Shown here: in pieces, positions 46,619 through 56,486 of the stretch | How positions within the stretch are numbered: position 1 is the stretch's first letter | Layout: every line of letters begins with the position of its first letter | Origin: Acidobacteriota bacterium | Lineage (GTDB): Bacteria; Acidobacteriota; CAIWXX01 | Length of the DNA: 64,000 nt | NCBI GenBank assembly: GCA_040755995.1 | Contig: JBFMAF010000024.1 | Coordinates: forward strand, 309,940-373,939 | Direction: 5' to 3' | The notes under the pieces: generated by a model | The model's database searches: none | Seen by the model: the letters and a program-made list of their open reading frames with translations, nothing else | What the model was told of the DNA's origin: nothing | Program-made: the position numbers and the translations under genes

Positions 46619-47658
46619 AGAAGGTACCCGTGGGCATTCTGGGAGCCACTGGCATGGTCGGCCAGCGGTTCATTCAGCTGTTGGACGATCACCCATGGTT
46701 CGAAGTGGCGGCCGTGGCCGCATCCGATCGGTCCGCCGGCCGGCGCTACTCGGACGCGTGCCGCTGGCTGCTTCCAGGGGCCGTCCCGAGCAAGGTCGCC
46801 GGGCTGCCCGTCCGCCCTCTCGATCCGGCCCTCGACTGCGAGCTCGTGTTCTCCGCACTTCCGTCGGATGTTGCGGGGCCGGTCGAGGAGTCTTTTGCAG
46901 ATGCGGGCTACGCAGTCTGCTCGAACGCGGCCTCGCATCGCCTCGATCCCGACGTGCCGTTGCTCATTCCGGAGGTGAACTGGCAACACACTGCACTCAT
47001 CGGCGTGCAGCGCCGAAGGCGCAAGGGATTCATCGCCACCGGACCCAACTGCTCCACCGCGGCCCTCACCCTGGCACTCCGCCCGCTGCACGACGCTTTC
47101 GGCGTGCGGCGCGTCTTCGTCGTGACGATGCAAGCACTGTCCGGCGCAGGCTACCCGGGCACGGCGTCATTGGACATACTGGGCAACGTGATCCCGCACA
47201 TCGGTGGGGAGGAGGCGAAGGTGGAGCAGGAGCCGTTGAAGTTGCTCGGCACACTCACTGGCGACGGAGTAGCCGGCGCCTCCATCATTCTCAGCGCGCA
47301 GTGCAATCGTGTGCCTGTCCGGGACGGGCACACCGAGTGCGTGTCGATCGAGTTGGAAACGAAGACGGAACAGCGCGACGTGGTCGCCGCTCTGCAAAAC
47401 TACGAGGCGCCGCCGGGGGTGATCGATCTCCCGAGCACTCCGCGGCGGCCGGTGGTTGTGCGCACGGAGCCGGACCGGCCGCAGCCGGCGCGAGACCGCG
47501 ATGCGGGTTGCGGCATGTCTGTGAGCGTCGGGCGCGTCCGCCCATGCCCGCTTCTCGATCACAAGTTTGTGCTGCTCGGGCACAACACGGTGCGCGGCGC
47601 GGCCGGGGGCTCGATCCACAATGCAGAGCTGCTGGTGAAGCAGAGATGGCTGGGATGA
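46615..47658 (+). CDS. asd: Aspartate-semialdehyde dehydrogenase (archaeal/fungal-like type)
   Basis: GATGMVGQ, PLLIPEVN, PNCS, QALSGAGYPG, RVPVRDGH, HNTVRGAAG. Confidence 0.95.
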   Translation: MKKVPVGILGATGMVGQRFIQLLDDHPWFEVAAVAASDRSAGRRYSDACRWLLPGAVPSKVAGLPVRPLDPALDCELVFSALPSDVAGPVEESFADAGYAVCSNAASHRLDPDVPLLIPEVNWQHTALIGVQRRRRKGFIATGPNCSTAALTLALRPLHDAFGVRRVFVVTMQALSGAGYPGTASLDILGNVIPHIGGEEAKVEQEPLKLLGTLTGDGVAGASIILSAQCNRVPVRDGHTECVSIELETKTEQRDVVAALQNYEAPPGVIDLPSTPRRPVVVRTEPDRPQPARDRDAGCGMSVSVGRVRPCPLLDHKFVLLGHNTVRGAAGGSIHNAELLVKQRWLG

Positions 47659-47751
47659 ATGCACTTGTCAATTGTCAGAAGATACACTGCCCTGCCCGAA
47701 ATCGATGCCGAGCACTGAGAGTAGGGGAGGCGGGAACCGGAGGAGCGGCAC

Positions 47752-48885
47752 GTGAAATACGCGAAGTATGGGCCTGCGTCGTTGAACGGGCTCTTCGGTG
47801 ATTTCGTCATCTACCGGAACCTCGTCCCGGCCGATCCACGTGTGCCTGCGATCGCTGAGCTGCGCGACCGCCTTGGCCTCGATCGTGGATATCTGCCGAG
47901 GAAAGCGGAGCCGGCGTACGGGGCTGTCGTGGCGACGATGATACGGGCCGCGCGGCATATCGAGGCGCCCGGGACGGCTGTGCGTTGCCTACTGTATGTT
48001 GGCGACACCCTGATGAACGACGGCACGGCGTTCAAGAGCATCTGCGCGGCAGGCGGATGGCAGGGCCGGGCGTTCATCGGCCGGGACGATCTGAGCCGTG
48101 CACGACAGATCGATGTGGACGGGTCGATTTACCTGTCGAACCGCTGGTCCGCCCTTCACGAGTTCGTCGACTCGGTTCAGGCTGATGGCTTCGGCCGGGA
48201 CGAAGCTACGGTGATGGTTGTCGACATGGACAAGACGGCGATCGGAGCGAAGGGGCGCAACGACGGAGTGATCGATGAGGCCCGCCTGGAGGCTGTCGAC
48301 CGGACGGTCCGACACCTCCTGGGCCCGCGATACGACGAGGCGGTGTTTCGTGAAGCCTATGACGAACTGAAGCAGGCACCCTACCACCGCTTCACAGCCG
48401 ACAACCAGGACTACCTCGTCTACATCTGCCTGATGATCGGAGCGGGGCTTTTCGAAGTGAAGCGTCTGGTGGACGACGTGACATACGGATCGATAGGAGG
48501 CTTCGGCGAGTTTATCGCCCAGGTTGACGGGAGACGCCATGAGCTGGCGAATACCGGCCTGCTAAGCGTTCATGACGACATCTGTAGCCGCTTTCGGCAT
48601 GACGATCCGACTCCGTTCAAGATGTTCAGGTACACCGAGTATCTGACGACGGCTGCGCGGTTCGGGGACATGGTGGAACGGGAGGCGGAGCAGGTGCTGG
48701 CAGAGCGGATCGCGGTCACCCAGGAAGTAAGGGAGGTGGTGGATGCGGTGAGGGACTGCGGAGTACTGGCCTTCGGAGTCTCGGACAAACCGGATGAGGC
48801 AGCCGTGCCGACCGGCGATCAGGTGCGATCCGGAATGAAGCCGCTCCACCGCCTGGACACCGTTGCTATCGGGGAGGCGTGCTGA
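47752..48885 (+). CDS. Hypothetical protein with HAD-like motifs in permuted order
   Basis: GGAGG RBS, GTG start; PRK, YVGDTLMND, VVDMDKT, GVSDKP. Confidence 0.7.
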   Translation: MKYAKYGPASLNGLFGDFVIYRNLVPADPRVPAIAELRDRLGLDRGYLPRKAEPAYGAVVATMIRAARHIEAPGTAVRCLLYVGDTLMNDGTAFKSICAAGGWQGRAFIGRDDLSRARQIDVDGSIYLSNRWSALHEFVDSVQADGFGRDEATVMVVDMDKTAIGAKGRNDGVIDEARLEAVDRTVRHLLGPRYDEAVFREAYDELKQAPYHRFTADNQDYLVYICLMIGAGLFEVKRLVDDVTYGSIGGFGEFIAQVDGRRHELANTGLLSVHDDICSRFRHDDPTPFKMFRYTEYLTTAARFGDMVEREAEQVLAERIAVTQEVREVVDAVRDCGVLAFGVSDKPDEAAVPTGDQVRSGMKPLHRLDTVAIGEAC

Positions 48886-48902
48886 CGCGGAGAAGCGGTG
48901 AG

Positions 48903-48939
48903 GCGGTGACGCGGAGATATGGTTTCTCCGCGCCACCGC
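48903..48939. terminator. Hairpin built from octamer-family units between convergent genes
   Basis: gcggtgacgcggaga-tatggtt-tctccgcgccaccgc; no clear U-tract. Confidence 0.5.
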
Positions 48940-49008
48940 GTCGCTGCGACCGTTATACAGCGCGCCATGAGCCGCGCTGTGTAGCTCGATCCGTGTAGGC
49001 CAGCCGGC

Positions 49009-49350
49009 TCAGGCGCGCGCAGGATAACCGGATCTGCTGAAGTCCAACGGAGGTTCCACTTCCGTAGCGATCAGGACTTTCTTGCCGTCGGCCGTATCCT
49101 TCTCCACGACGTAGCCGTCCTCGACCAGCTCCCGGATCAAGTGGTCGAACGCCTTGATCCAGGTGTAATATCCGGCCTGGTTGTCCTCGATGCCCCAGTC
49201 GATCTGCGCCCTGGTGTGTCCAGTCCGCGCCTTGAACACAGCCTGCTCCCACTTGTCAGGCGTGGTCTCTCGCAGATGCCATAGCTGCCTCAGCATCTCG
49301 CTCTTCATCAGCGCCTTGGTGTCGTCGAAGACGATTCCCTCGTTCAGCAT
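49009..49350 (-). CDS. Hypothetical protein (possible winged-helix-like fold)
   Basis: GGAGGAG RBS; globular composition; IRELVEDGYVV resembles a wHTH wing region. Confidence 0.7.
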   Translation of the reverse strand: MLNEGIVFDDTKALMKSEMLRQLWHLRETTPDKWEQAVFKARTGHTRAQIDWGIEDNQAGYYTWIKAFDHLIRELVEDGYVVEKDTADGKKVLIATEVEPPLDFSRSGYPARA

Positions 49351-49514
49351 TCTCTCCTCCAGTCGGCAACGGGTAGAACGATCATCCCCGAGTTATTCCT
49401 ACTTCCCCAGTAGGATTAAATCGGCCCGATCCTGGCATTGTCAAGTCCGCGAGGGCGACAGGGGGCTTGCTCTGAAGTGAAGTGAGCAACGGGGGTGCTG
49501 CGGGAGGGGCGGGA

Positions 49515-50378
49515 TCACGGTGCCTCTCGGTCCTGTTCGATGACCTCTCTCAGTATCCGCCCAAGGTCCACCTTGCTGAGCTCTGCGTAGAGGTCCTTTT
49601 CCTGGAGCAGGGCGGCGATCTTCTCGTTATCGAGGAGCTCGTAGTAGCTCTGAGCTCTGATCTTCTCCTGGATCTCCTCGTCTTGTGCGACAGCGAGGAT
49701 GCGAGGATCCTCGGCGAAACGGGCGATGTCCGGATCGGATTGGAACTTCTCGAAAAGCACCGGGTCGCTGACGACGGTTATCAGGTCCTGGAATACTCCC
49801 TGGACCCGCTCGTCGACCGGGCTGGCCTTCACGACTGCTGCCCCGAATGCTGAAGACTCGATTTCATCCTTGAGCTGCACGAACGGATCGTCGGCCTCCT
49901 TCGGGGCGCCGGCCTGGCTCCTCGTGGCAACGCGATCGTCCACCGGCTGCGGCGGACCGGCTGTGACGACTTCTTCAACAATGCCGACAACGTGAAGCCC
50001 GGTCAGCGTCAGAAGCACCAGCACGAATCCCCAGATGGCGCCGAGCCCGCCGCCAAGCCAGCGCTCCCAGGACTCCATCTTCGGCAGGTCGCTCTCCTCC
50101 CGCTGCCGCTCTCTGCGGCGGATGAGAAGCTCGGCTACGATGAGGAAGATAAGGAACAGGATGATCGCGGTTCCGAGCAGTGCAGCAATGGGCACCAGCG
50201 CGAGTGGGACCATGTCAGAACCGGCAACTGCCCACTCGAACAGAAACGACACCGGCCTGGCCAGCAACGCTGCGAGCGCAAGTGAGGCGAATGCCGCGAG
50301 TATCCGCAGGACGCCCCGGAAGACGCCAACGATCCCAAACAGAACGATCACGGCGAGTCCAATGAGTGTGATGAGCAT
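49515..50378 (-). CDS. CvpA (colicin V production) family membrane protein
   Basis: GVFRG.LR; 4 TM segments; ERWLGGGLGAIWG; soluble C-terminus. Confidence 0.8.
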   Translation of the reverse strand: MLITLIGLAVIVLFGIVGVFRGVLRILAAFASLALAALLARPVSFLFEWAVAGSDMVPLALVPIAALLGTAIILFLIFLIVAELLIRRRERQREESDLPKMESWERWLGGGLGAIWGFVLVLLTLTGLHVVGIVEEVVTAGPPQPVDDRVATRSQAGAPKEADDPFVQLKDEIESSAFGAAVVKASPVDERVQGVFQDLITVVSDPVLFEKFQSDPDIARFAEDPRILAVAQDEEIQEKIRAQSYYELLDNEKIAALLQEKDLYAELSKVDLGRILREVIEQDREAP

Positions 50379-50536
50379 CGTTCCTCCGCAGCAGAGGCTC
50401 CCGGCCGGGTGCTACTCCCGGGCGGCCACCCTGGCCGTGCGATCGCAGCAGGCCGGCGAGCGGATTTCCTCAGTCCTCGAATCGAATCACATAGAAGACG
50501 AAAGTCCCGGGGCCAGCATAACCGGGGCATCGCGTG

Positions 50537-51001
50537 TCAGTCAACGAACAACGCCGGCAGCAGCATCCACGCGATAGTCCACACGCCGTCCGCTTCGCGA
50601 CAGAGGCAAACAACACCGCCTTGCTGGAACGACACGACGGGCTTCGATTCGTCGCCGTTCACCAGCGCGGCAGCGGCCTTGCCAAGGAACGGAAGATGGC
50701 CGACCACCATGAGGTCATCGGGCCTGCAGGTCACGTCTGAAACGAAAGGAGCCACCGCGTCTTTGGGTCCGATGCCGGAACGAATGCCGATCTGCTGTAC
50801 GCCGAGCGCCGTCGCCAGCAGCTCCGCTGTCTGTGCGGCCCGCTTCTTGCCGCTGTGCTCGATTGTATGCACGCGAACGGCTGCCCGGCGCAGGACCGCC
50901 GCGATGCGCTGCACGTCTGCGCGCCCCTTGTCGCTCAAGGGCCGTTCAGGGTCGATACGTTCCGGCAACGCTTCACCGTGTTGCACGAGGTAGAGTCTCA
51001 T
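50537..51001 (-). CDS. sixA: Phosphohistidine phosphatase SixA-like
   Basis: LYLVQHGEA, RPLS..G, HSGKKRA.QTA, VGHLPFL. Confidence 0.85.
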   Translation of the reverse strand: MRLYLVQHGEALPERIDPERPLSDKGRADVQRIAAVLRRAAVRVHTIEHSGKKRAAQTAELLATALGVQQIGIRSGIGPKDAVAPFVSDVTCRPDDLMVVGHLPFLGKAAAALVNGDESKPVVSFQQGGVVCLCREADGVWTIAWMLLPALFVD

Positions 51002-51650
51002 CGTCTGCCCCGATCAGAAGTTCGATGCTCCGGCTCGGATCGCATTCCTTCAGGGCGCCGACGTATCCGCGGACCATGCCCGCCAGGGATGACGCGGCGA
51101 AAGGAGTCAGCGGGATCTTCGCGCGGCCGACATACAGCGATAGTTCCGGCTTCGCGGCGGCTCCGCGGATCTCGCACTGGATCAAGTCCGCGATCCTGGG
51201 GATTTCGTCAAGGCCGAAGCAGGGGACGCCAATGCTGAAGAGCCGATCGGAGACGACCGCGAGAAGCCGGTCCGTCTCATTGCAGAGCAGCTCAGTCGAG
51301 ACACCGGTGCGAAAGAGCTCGATCTTCGGCACCGGATTCGTCTTGAACCCTTCGCACAATACCATGTCGACGTCTCGCATGAACCGATCGCAAACCTCTT
51401 CGAGTGTCAGCTCGCGATCCACGTCCGCGATGACGGCCACGCGGGTCGGCGAGGAGATCGCAACGGCGGCGGCGCCCGCCCGCTTGTGCCTCCACGTGTC
51501 CTTCCCCTCTCGATCCATCTCGAACCCATGGACGTCGTGCTTGACCGTGGCGATTCGATGGCCCCGGCCGGTGAGCTCCGGAATCAACCGCTCGATCAGG
51601 GTCGTCTTCCCGCATCCCGACTGCCCGACTATCGATACCAATGGGATCAT
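50973..51650 (-). CDS. mobB: Molybdopterin-guanine dinucleotide biosynthesis protein B
   Basis: GQSGCGKTT, VKHDVHGF, GKDTWRH..AGA, EGFK. Confidence 0.92.
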   Translation of the reverse strand: MIPLVSIVGQSGCGKTTLIERLIPELTGRGHRIATVKHDVHGFEMDREGKDTWRHKRAGAAAVAISSPTRVAVIADVDRELTLEEVCDRFMRDVDMVLCEGFKTNPVPKIELFRTGVSTELLCNETDRLLAVVSDRLFSIGVPCFGLDEIPRIADLIQCEIRGAAAKPELSLYVGRAKIPLTPFAASSLAGMVRGYVGALKECDPSRSIELLIGADDETLPRATR

Positions 51651-51821
51651 TCGCGCCTCCTGGACTGGCGAAAGGCCGCTGTGCCCACGCAGATCCTAAC
51701 CACATGACAGGAGCATCGCAACTTCTTGACACAAGTTCCCGCGGGCAGTGTATGCTCTGAGCGGCGGTTGGCTCGCTCGGATGGATCGGGCGGACAACCG
51801 CGTCCCAGGGAGGCTCTGTAG

Positions 51822-53810
51822 GTGAATGCGGAGGCCCGCGCCGGCATGCCGCGCATCGTGATCCAGTTCGCCCGATTCCTGGCTTCCGCCTATCTGCTCG
51901 GCTTTCTCCTCTTCAGCTTCATGCGCATGGCCCTGCTCGTACGGAACTTGTCCGAGGCACGGGAGATCCCGGGCTCTGTTCTGCTGCGTTCCATCTTGGT
52001 TGGATCGCGCTTCGATCTGGCAGTGTGCAGCTACATGATCCTCGTCCCGTTCGCGCTGTCCGTCCTCGCCTGCGCATTCGGCTGGAGAGGAGGGCTTGTA
52101 CCCGCTATTCTGACGGTGTCATTCTGCACGGAATATGTGCTCGGCGCATTCATCGCAGGAATCGACATCGGGTACTACGGCCAGTTCAACACCAGGGTGA
52201 CCGTTTCGGTTCTGAACTGGCTGGACAATGCCGAATTCGTTGTAAGGATGGTGGTCGAGGACCGTACCTTTCACGGTCTCATCCTCCTGTTCGGCGCCTC
52301 CACTTGGCTTCTCTGTTTCCTGCTCTGGCGGTTTGGGAAGAAGCTGGTTGCCGGACTGCGCGGCTGCCCTGGCGATCAACTGGGCCGGCGGCTCTTCCAG
52401 ACATTCGTTATGGCCCTCTGTGGATCGACCTTCCTGATCCTGACGATCCGGGGGAGGACTGCCGAGAAATCGCCGATCCGCTGGGGCACGGCGTTCTTCA
52501 GCGAGTATGCGTTCGCGAATCAACTGCCGCTCAACCCGGTATTCACTTTCGTGGAGAGCTGGATGGAGACACGGGGTAGCGAGAACCGGCTGGTGGAGCA
52601 GATCGACAGTGCGGCTGCCATCAGGCGTGTACAGGAGGCGCTTGAAATATCCGCGCCCGACACATCCTTCTCCCCGATTGCGAGACACATCGCGGCCGGC
52701 GAACCGACGCGACAGAATCTGGTGCTGGTCGTCATGGAGAGCATGGCTGCGTGGAAGATGGCCAGATTCGGCAACGAGAACCGGCTCACGCCATATCTCG
52801 ACGGCATCGCGGCCCGCGGCTACTGCTTCGACCGCCTCTATTCATCCGGCATGCACACGTACAGCGGCCTTTACTCTACCCTCTGCGGGCTTCCAGTCGT
52901 TCTCCAGAAGCACGCGATGAAGGGCACCGACGCCATGCAGCCGTTCGGAAGCATCGCGCGCGTCCTCGCCCGCCACGACTACCACACAGTCTTCTTCAGC
53001 ACTCATGATGACCAGTTCGACAACATGGGAGGCTTCTTGAGGAACGCCGGCTTCCAGCGAGTCGTGAGCCTGGATGACTATCCGGCGGAGTGGCAGAGGA
53101 GCACGCTGGGCGTGCCCGATCACTACATGTTCCAATACGCCCTGCCGGCGCTGAATCAGCTGAGTGCCGGCGACCGGCCTTTTTTCGCCACGCTGCTTAC
53201 AGCGAGCGACCACGGCCCGTATGTGGTTCCACCTGCTATCGGCTTCAGCCCGCAAAACCTGAGCATCGAGAAGACGATCGTGGAGTACGCCGATTGGTCG
53301 ATCGGGGAGTTCATGAAGGCGGCCGCGCGCCAGCCCTGGTTCGAGAACACCATCTTCGCCTTCGTGGCCGATCATGGGACCATCCACCTGCCGCGCTACG
53401 ACCTGGCGCTCTCGCTTTTCCATGTGCCATTCGTCATATACTCGAAGGGACTCGAGAGCCGTGCGGAGACTCTTGACCAGCTCGGCTGCCAGTTCGACGT
53501 GGCTCCGACCCTCCTGGGACTCCTGAACACGGACTACATCAACAACTCCCTGGGCATCGACCTCCTGCGCGACAGGCGGCCGATGGCGTTCTTCAGCGGA
53601 GACGACAAGCTGGGATGCCTGGACGAGGAGCGATACCTCATCGTCAGAACCGGAAACGACACGCTGTACCACTACCCAAGCGGAGACATCCACGATTTCT
53701 CGCAGACGGAGAAACCCAGGGCAGAAGCCATGCGCGTGTATGTTCTCTCAATGATGCGGACTGCTCAGTGGCTCGTGAGCCAGGGTAGGGCGCGGCCCGG
53801 ATTGTGGTGA
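51822..53810 (+). CDS. LTA synthase family (sulfatase-like) membrane phosphotransferase
   Basis: About 5 N-terminal TMs; NLVLVVMES, TASDHGPY, FVADHG, QFDVAPT. Confidence 0.9.
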   Translation: MNAEARAGMPRIVIQFARFLASAYLLGFLLFSFMRMALLVRNLSEAREIPGSVLLRSILVGSRFDLAVCSYMILVPFALSVLACAFGWRGGLVPAILTVSFCTEYVLGAFIAGIDIGYYGQFNTRVTVSVLNWLDNAEFVVRMVVEDRTFHGLILLFGASTWLLCFLLWRFGKKLVAGLRGCPGDQLGRRLFQTFVMALCGSTFLILTIRGRTAEKSPIRWGTAFFSEYAFANQLPLNPVFTFVESWMETRGSENRLVEQIDSAAAIRRVQEALEISAPDTSFSPIARHIAAGEPTRQNLVLVVMESMAAWKMARFGNENRLTPYLDGIAARGYCFDRLYSSGMHTYSGLYSTLCGLPVVLQKHAMKGTDAMQPFGSIARVLARHDYHTVFFSTHDDQFDNMGGFLRNAGFQRVVSLDDYPAEWQRSTLGVPDHYMFQYALPALNQLSAGDRPFFATLLTASDHGPYVVPPAIGFSPQNLSIEKTIVEYADWSIGEFMKAAARQPWFENTIFAFVADHGTIHLPRYDLALSLFHVPFVIYSKGLESRAETLDQLGCQFDVAPTLLGLLNTDYINNSLGIDLLRDRRPMAFFSGDDKLGCLDEERYLIVRTGNDTLYHYPSGDIHDFSQTEKPRAEAMRVYVLSMMRTAQWLVSQGRARPGLW

Positions 53811-53901
53811 CCCGGAGCCCGCTGGTATCATGGACGGCACCATGAGTGGTATTGGAGCGCCCTCGGGGCACATTCTTCCTCGCGGCAAGAAGGGGACAGA
53901 C

Positions 53902-55095
53902 ATGAAATCGAGAAACTCGTTCCGGCTCGTGGTCGCGGCCGTGGCCCTCTTGGCGTCGTCCGCGCTGACGGCGCAGGGCATCATCATCGACCACAGCTGC
54001 ATCGACCTCAGCAAGATCCCGCAGACTTGGATCGACGCGGCGAAGCAGCGGCTTCGCGTCGGCTACGGTCACACCTCTCACGGCAGCCAACTGGTGACTG
54101 GGATCGAGGCGTTCCGCGGCGAGAAGGGATCTCGCTATTACTACACGTCGAGCGGCTGGGGGCTGGTGCGAGGTGTCTTCCTCAACGACTCTTGGGGAAA
54201 CGCCGGTGGAGCGGACGACCTCGGCCACAACGGGGATCTGGCGTGGCGGGACGCCACCGTGAAGATGCTGAAGACGCAAAACAACGATCGAAATGTGGTC
54301 ATCTGGTCCTGGTGCGGTGGTGTCAGCGACAACACCAAGGCCGGAATCAACACCTATCTCAGCGCGATGACTCAGCTGGAACGGGACTACCCGAACGTCA
54401 AGTTCGTGTACATGACAGGGCACCTGGATGGAACGGGGGAGAAGGGCAATCTCAACGTCCGCAACCAGCAGATCCGTTCGTATTGCCGCGCGAATGGCAA
54501 GATCCTGTTCGATTTCGCCGACATCGAGAGCTACGATCCTGATGGGAAGAGGAATTACATGAAGCTGTTCGCCACCGACGGGTGCGAGTACGACAGCGAC
54601 GGCGACCACGACCCGTGGGGCGACAAGAACTGGGCCGAGGAATGGATCAAGAGTAATCCCGAAAGCGAGCTGGCTGAGCTCGCGTCGAAGTGCGGAGACT
54701 GTGCCCACTCTCAAGCTCTCAACTGCATTCTCAAGGGGCGCGCGTTCTGGTGGCTGGCCGCGCGACTGGCCGGCTGGGACGGCAGCGCAACATGGCTCAA
54801 ACTCACGAAGCCCAACGGGAAAGAGAAATGGGTTCGCGGCAGCCGGCGTAATATCACTTGGACATATTCAGGAATTCAAGGCGACGTGCAGCTTGTGCTG
54901 ATGAGGGGCGGGACGAAGCTAGGCAATATCGCGCAGAACCTGGCGCTCACCTCGAAAAGCTACGCGTGGACCGTAGGTGAGTACGACAAAGGAACAGCTC
55001 CGCTGGGCACCGGCTACGTCGTCAAGATCATGACAGCGGATGGGAAGTACTGGGACAGGAGCGACGCGAGCTTCGCGATATACTGCGCGACATAA
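53902..55095 (+). CDS. Secreted SGNH-like hypothetical protein with a C-terminal Ig-like (Kre9/KNH-type) domain
   Basis: Signal peptide; GHTSHGSQ, WSWCG, FDFADIESYD, AHS..LN; PNGKEKW..G..NITW..SDASF. Confidence 0.7.
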   Translation: MKSRNSFRLVVAAVALLASSALTAQGIIIDHSCIDLSKIPQTWIDAAKQRLRVGYGHTSHGSQLVTGIEAFRGEKGSRYYYTSSGWGLVRGVFLNDSWGNAGGADDLGHNGDLAWRDATVKMLKTQNNDRNVVIWSWCGGVSDNTKAGINTYLSAMTQLERDYPNVKFVYMTGHLDGTGEKGNLNVRNQQIRSYCRANGKILFDFADIESYDPDGKRNYMKLFATDGCEYDSDGDHDPWGDKNWAEEWIKSNPESELAELASKCGDCAHSQALNCILKGRAFWWLAARLAGWDGSATWLKLTKPNGKEKWVRGSRRNITWTYSGIQGDVQLVLMRGGTKLGNIAQNLALTSKSYAWTVGEYDKGTAPLGTGYVVKIMTADGKYWDRSDASFAIYCAT

Positions 55096-55120
55096 GTCGC
55101 GCAGTATGCGGGTGGGGGTT

Positions 55121-55154
55121 CCGCGGGAGGCCTCGCACGGAGGCCCTCCCCGCG
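55121..55154. terminator. Imperfect GC-rich hairpin downstream of the gene
   Basis: ccgcgggaggcctc-gcacg-gaggccctccccgcg. Confidence 0.4.
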
Positions 55155-55574
55155 AATACAGCGCGTCATGCACTACGTCGACTCGTTGGAGTTGTTGCCG
55201 ACTCATGACGCGCTGTATGGAGGCGGCGGCCGATTCTCAGCTCGATCCGTAGTGCCCGCGACGAACCTGCGCGGCCTCCCACGATCCGCTGTTGTAACTG
55301 CCAGGTCTCCGTTCCAGGCGCGTTATCCTTCCGTAGAGGCAGGGGCTTTCTTGCGGGAGCCCGCGAGAGCGCCCGATGAGCCACTCGATCTTGCCGCAGC
55401 GGGCCACGCCGGTTGCCATAAGAAAAACAGCCCTGACGCACGATATTGAACAACGCGGAATTCCCAGGAGCTGCGGGACGGGCGGGAATTTTTTTTCGCA
55501 AAGAGGGGGCTAGACAACCGGATCGCTTTCTGCGACGATAGGTTGGTTCACTTTCCCGGGGAGGGAGGCTACCT

Positions 55575-56486
55575 ATGGCAGGGGGCGAGGGGCCGCGGCT
55601 CAGCCAGTGCGGTCGCGAGATAACGGATTCAGATGTTGAGCATCTGAAGGCAGTCGTTGCTGGGTTTCCGAGGCTGAGCCGGAAGGAGCTAGCGCTGACG
55701 TTGTGCGAGCACTGGGGCTGGGTGGCGGGCACCGGCGCGCACAAGGTGACAGCGTGCATGAGGTTGTTGGAGAAGCTGGAGAAGGCTGGCGTGGTTCGGC
55801 TGCCTGAGAAGCAGGCGCAGAGTGGAGGCAAGAGGTGGAGATCGCCGGAGCTGACCGAAGGGACGCGCGAGCAGCGGGTGATTTCCGGTGATCTATGTGA
55901 ACTTGGGCGAGTGCGGCTTGATCTCACGGGGAGCCGAGCGGAGACCGAGCTCTGCAACGAGTATATCGAACGCTATCACTATTTGAAGTACAAGAAGCCG
56001 TTCGGCTGCGTGCTGAGGTACATGGCGGTTTCGGAGAAGGGGCTGGTGGGATGCGTGCTGATGGCCGGGGCAGCGAAGTCGATACGGGCCCGCGATACGT
56101 GGATCGGATGGAGCGAGCGGCAACGCTTGAGGAACCTGCCGTGGGTGATCGGCAACAGTCGTTTTTTGATCCTGCCTTGGATTCAGGTGAAGCATCTTGC
56201 CAGTCACGTGTTGGGACAACTGGCCAGGCAGGTTGCTGAGGACTGGGAAGGGCGGTGGGGATACAGGCCGGTGTTGATGGAGACGTTTGTAGATCCGGCC
56301 TTGTACGGGGGCACATGCTACCGGGCCGCGGGGTGGATTTGTCTGGGTTACACCAGCGGCAGGGGACTCACTCGACCTGGGAGGCGGTACAAGAGCACGC
56401 GCAAGATCATCTATGTACGGCCATTGGTTCGGGATTTCCGGCAGCAACTCTGTTGGGAGGAGCTGAAAGGGAGGGTCATCGAATGA
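55575..56486 (+). CDS. DUF4338 (DruA-like) domain protein carried inside the IS
   Basis: LSRKELA..LCE.W.W; RYHYL, RDTWIGW, NSRFLILPW..HLASH.L, ETFVDP, GTCYRAAGW..G.T.GRG. Confidence 0.85.
   Translation: MAGGEGPRLSQCGREITDSDVEHLKAVVAGFPRLSRKELALTLCEHWGWVAGTGAHKVTACMRLLEKLEKAGVVRLPEKQAQSGGKRWRSPELTEGTREQRVISGDLCELGRVRLDLTGSRAETELCNEYIERYHYLKYKKPFGCVLRYMAVSEKGLVGCVLMAGAAKSIRARDTWIGWSERQRLRNLPWVIGNSRFLILPWIQVKHLASHVLGQLARQVAEDWEGRWGYRPVLMETFVDPALYGGTCYRAAGWICLGYTSGRGLTRPGRRYKSTRKIIYVRPLVRDFRQQLCWEELKGRVIE

Noticed and set aside
50537..51001. Inactive SixA because of QHG instead of RHG
   Set aside because: The catalytic His and other motifs are retained, and I recall QHG variants among SixA-like proteins; this is not evidence of novelty.
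55575..56486. Druantia anti-phage system
   Set aside because: Only a DUF4338 gene is present, inside IS ends and coupled to a transposase; there is no DruE helicase or other Dru gene.
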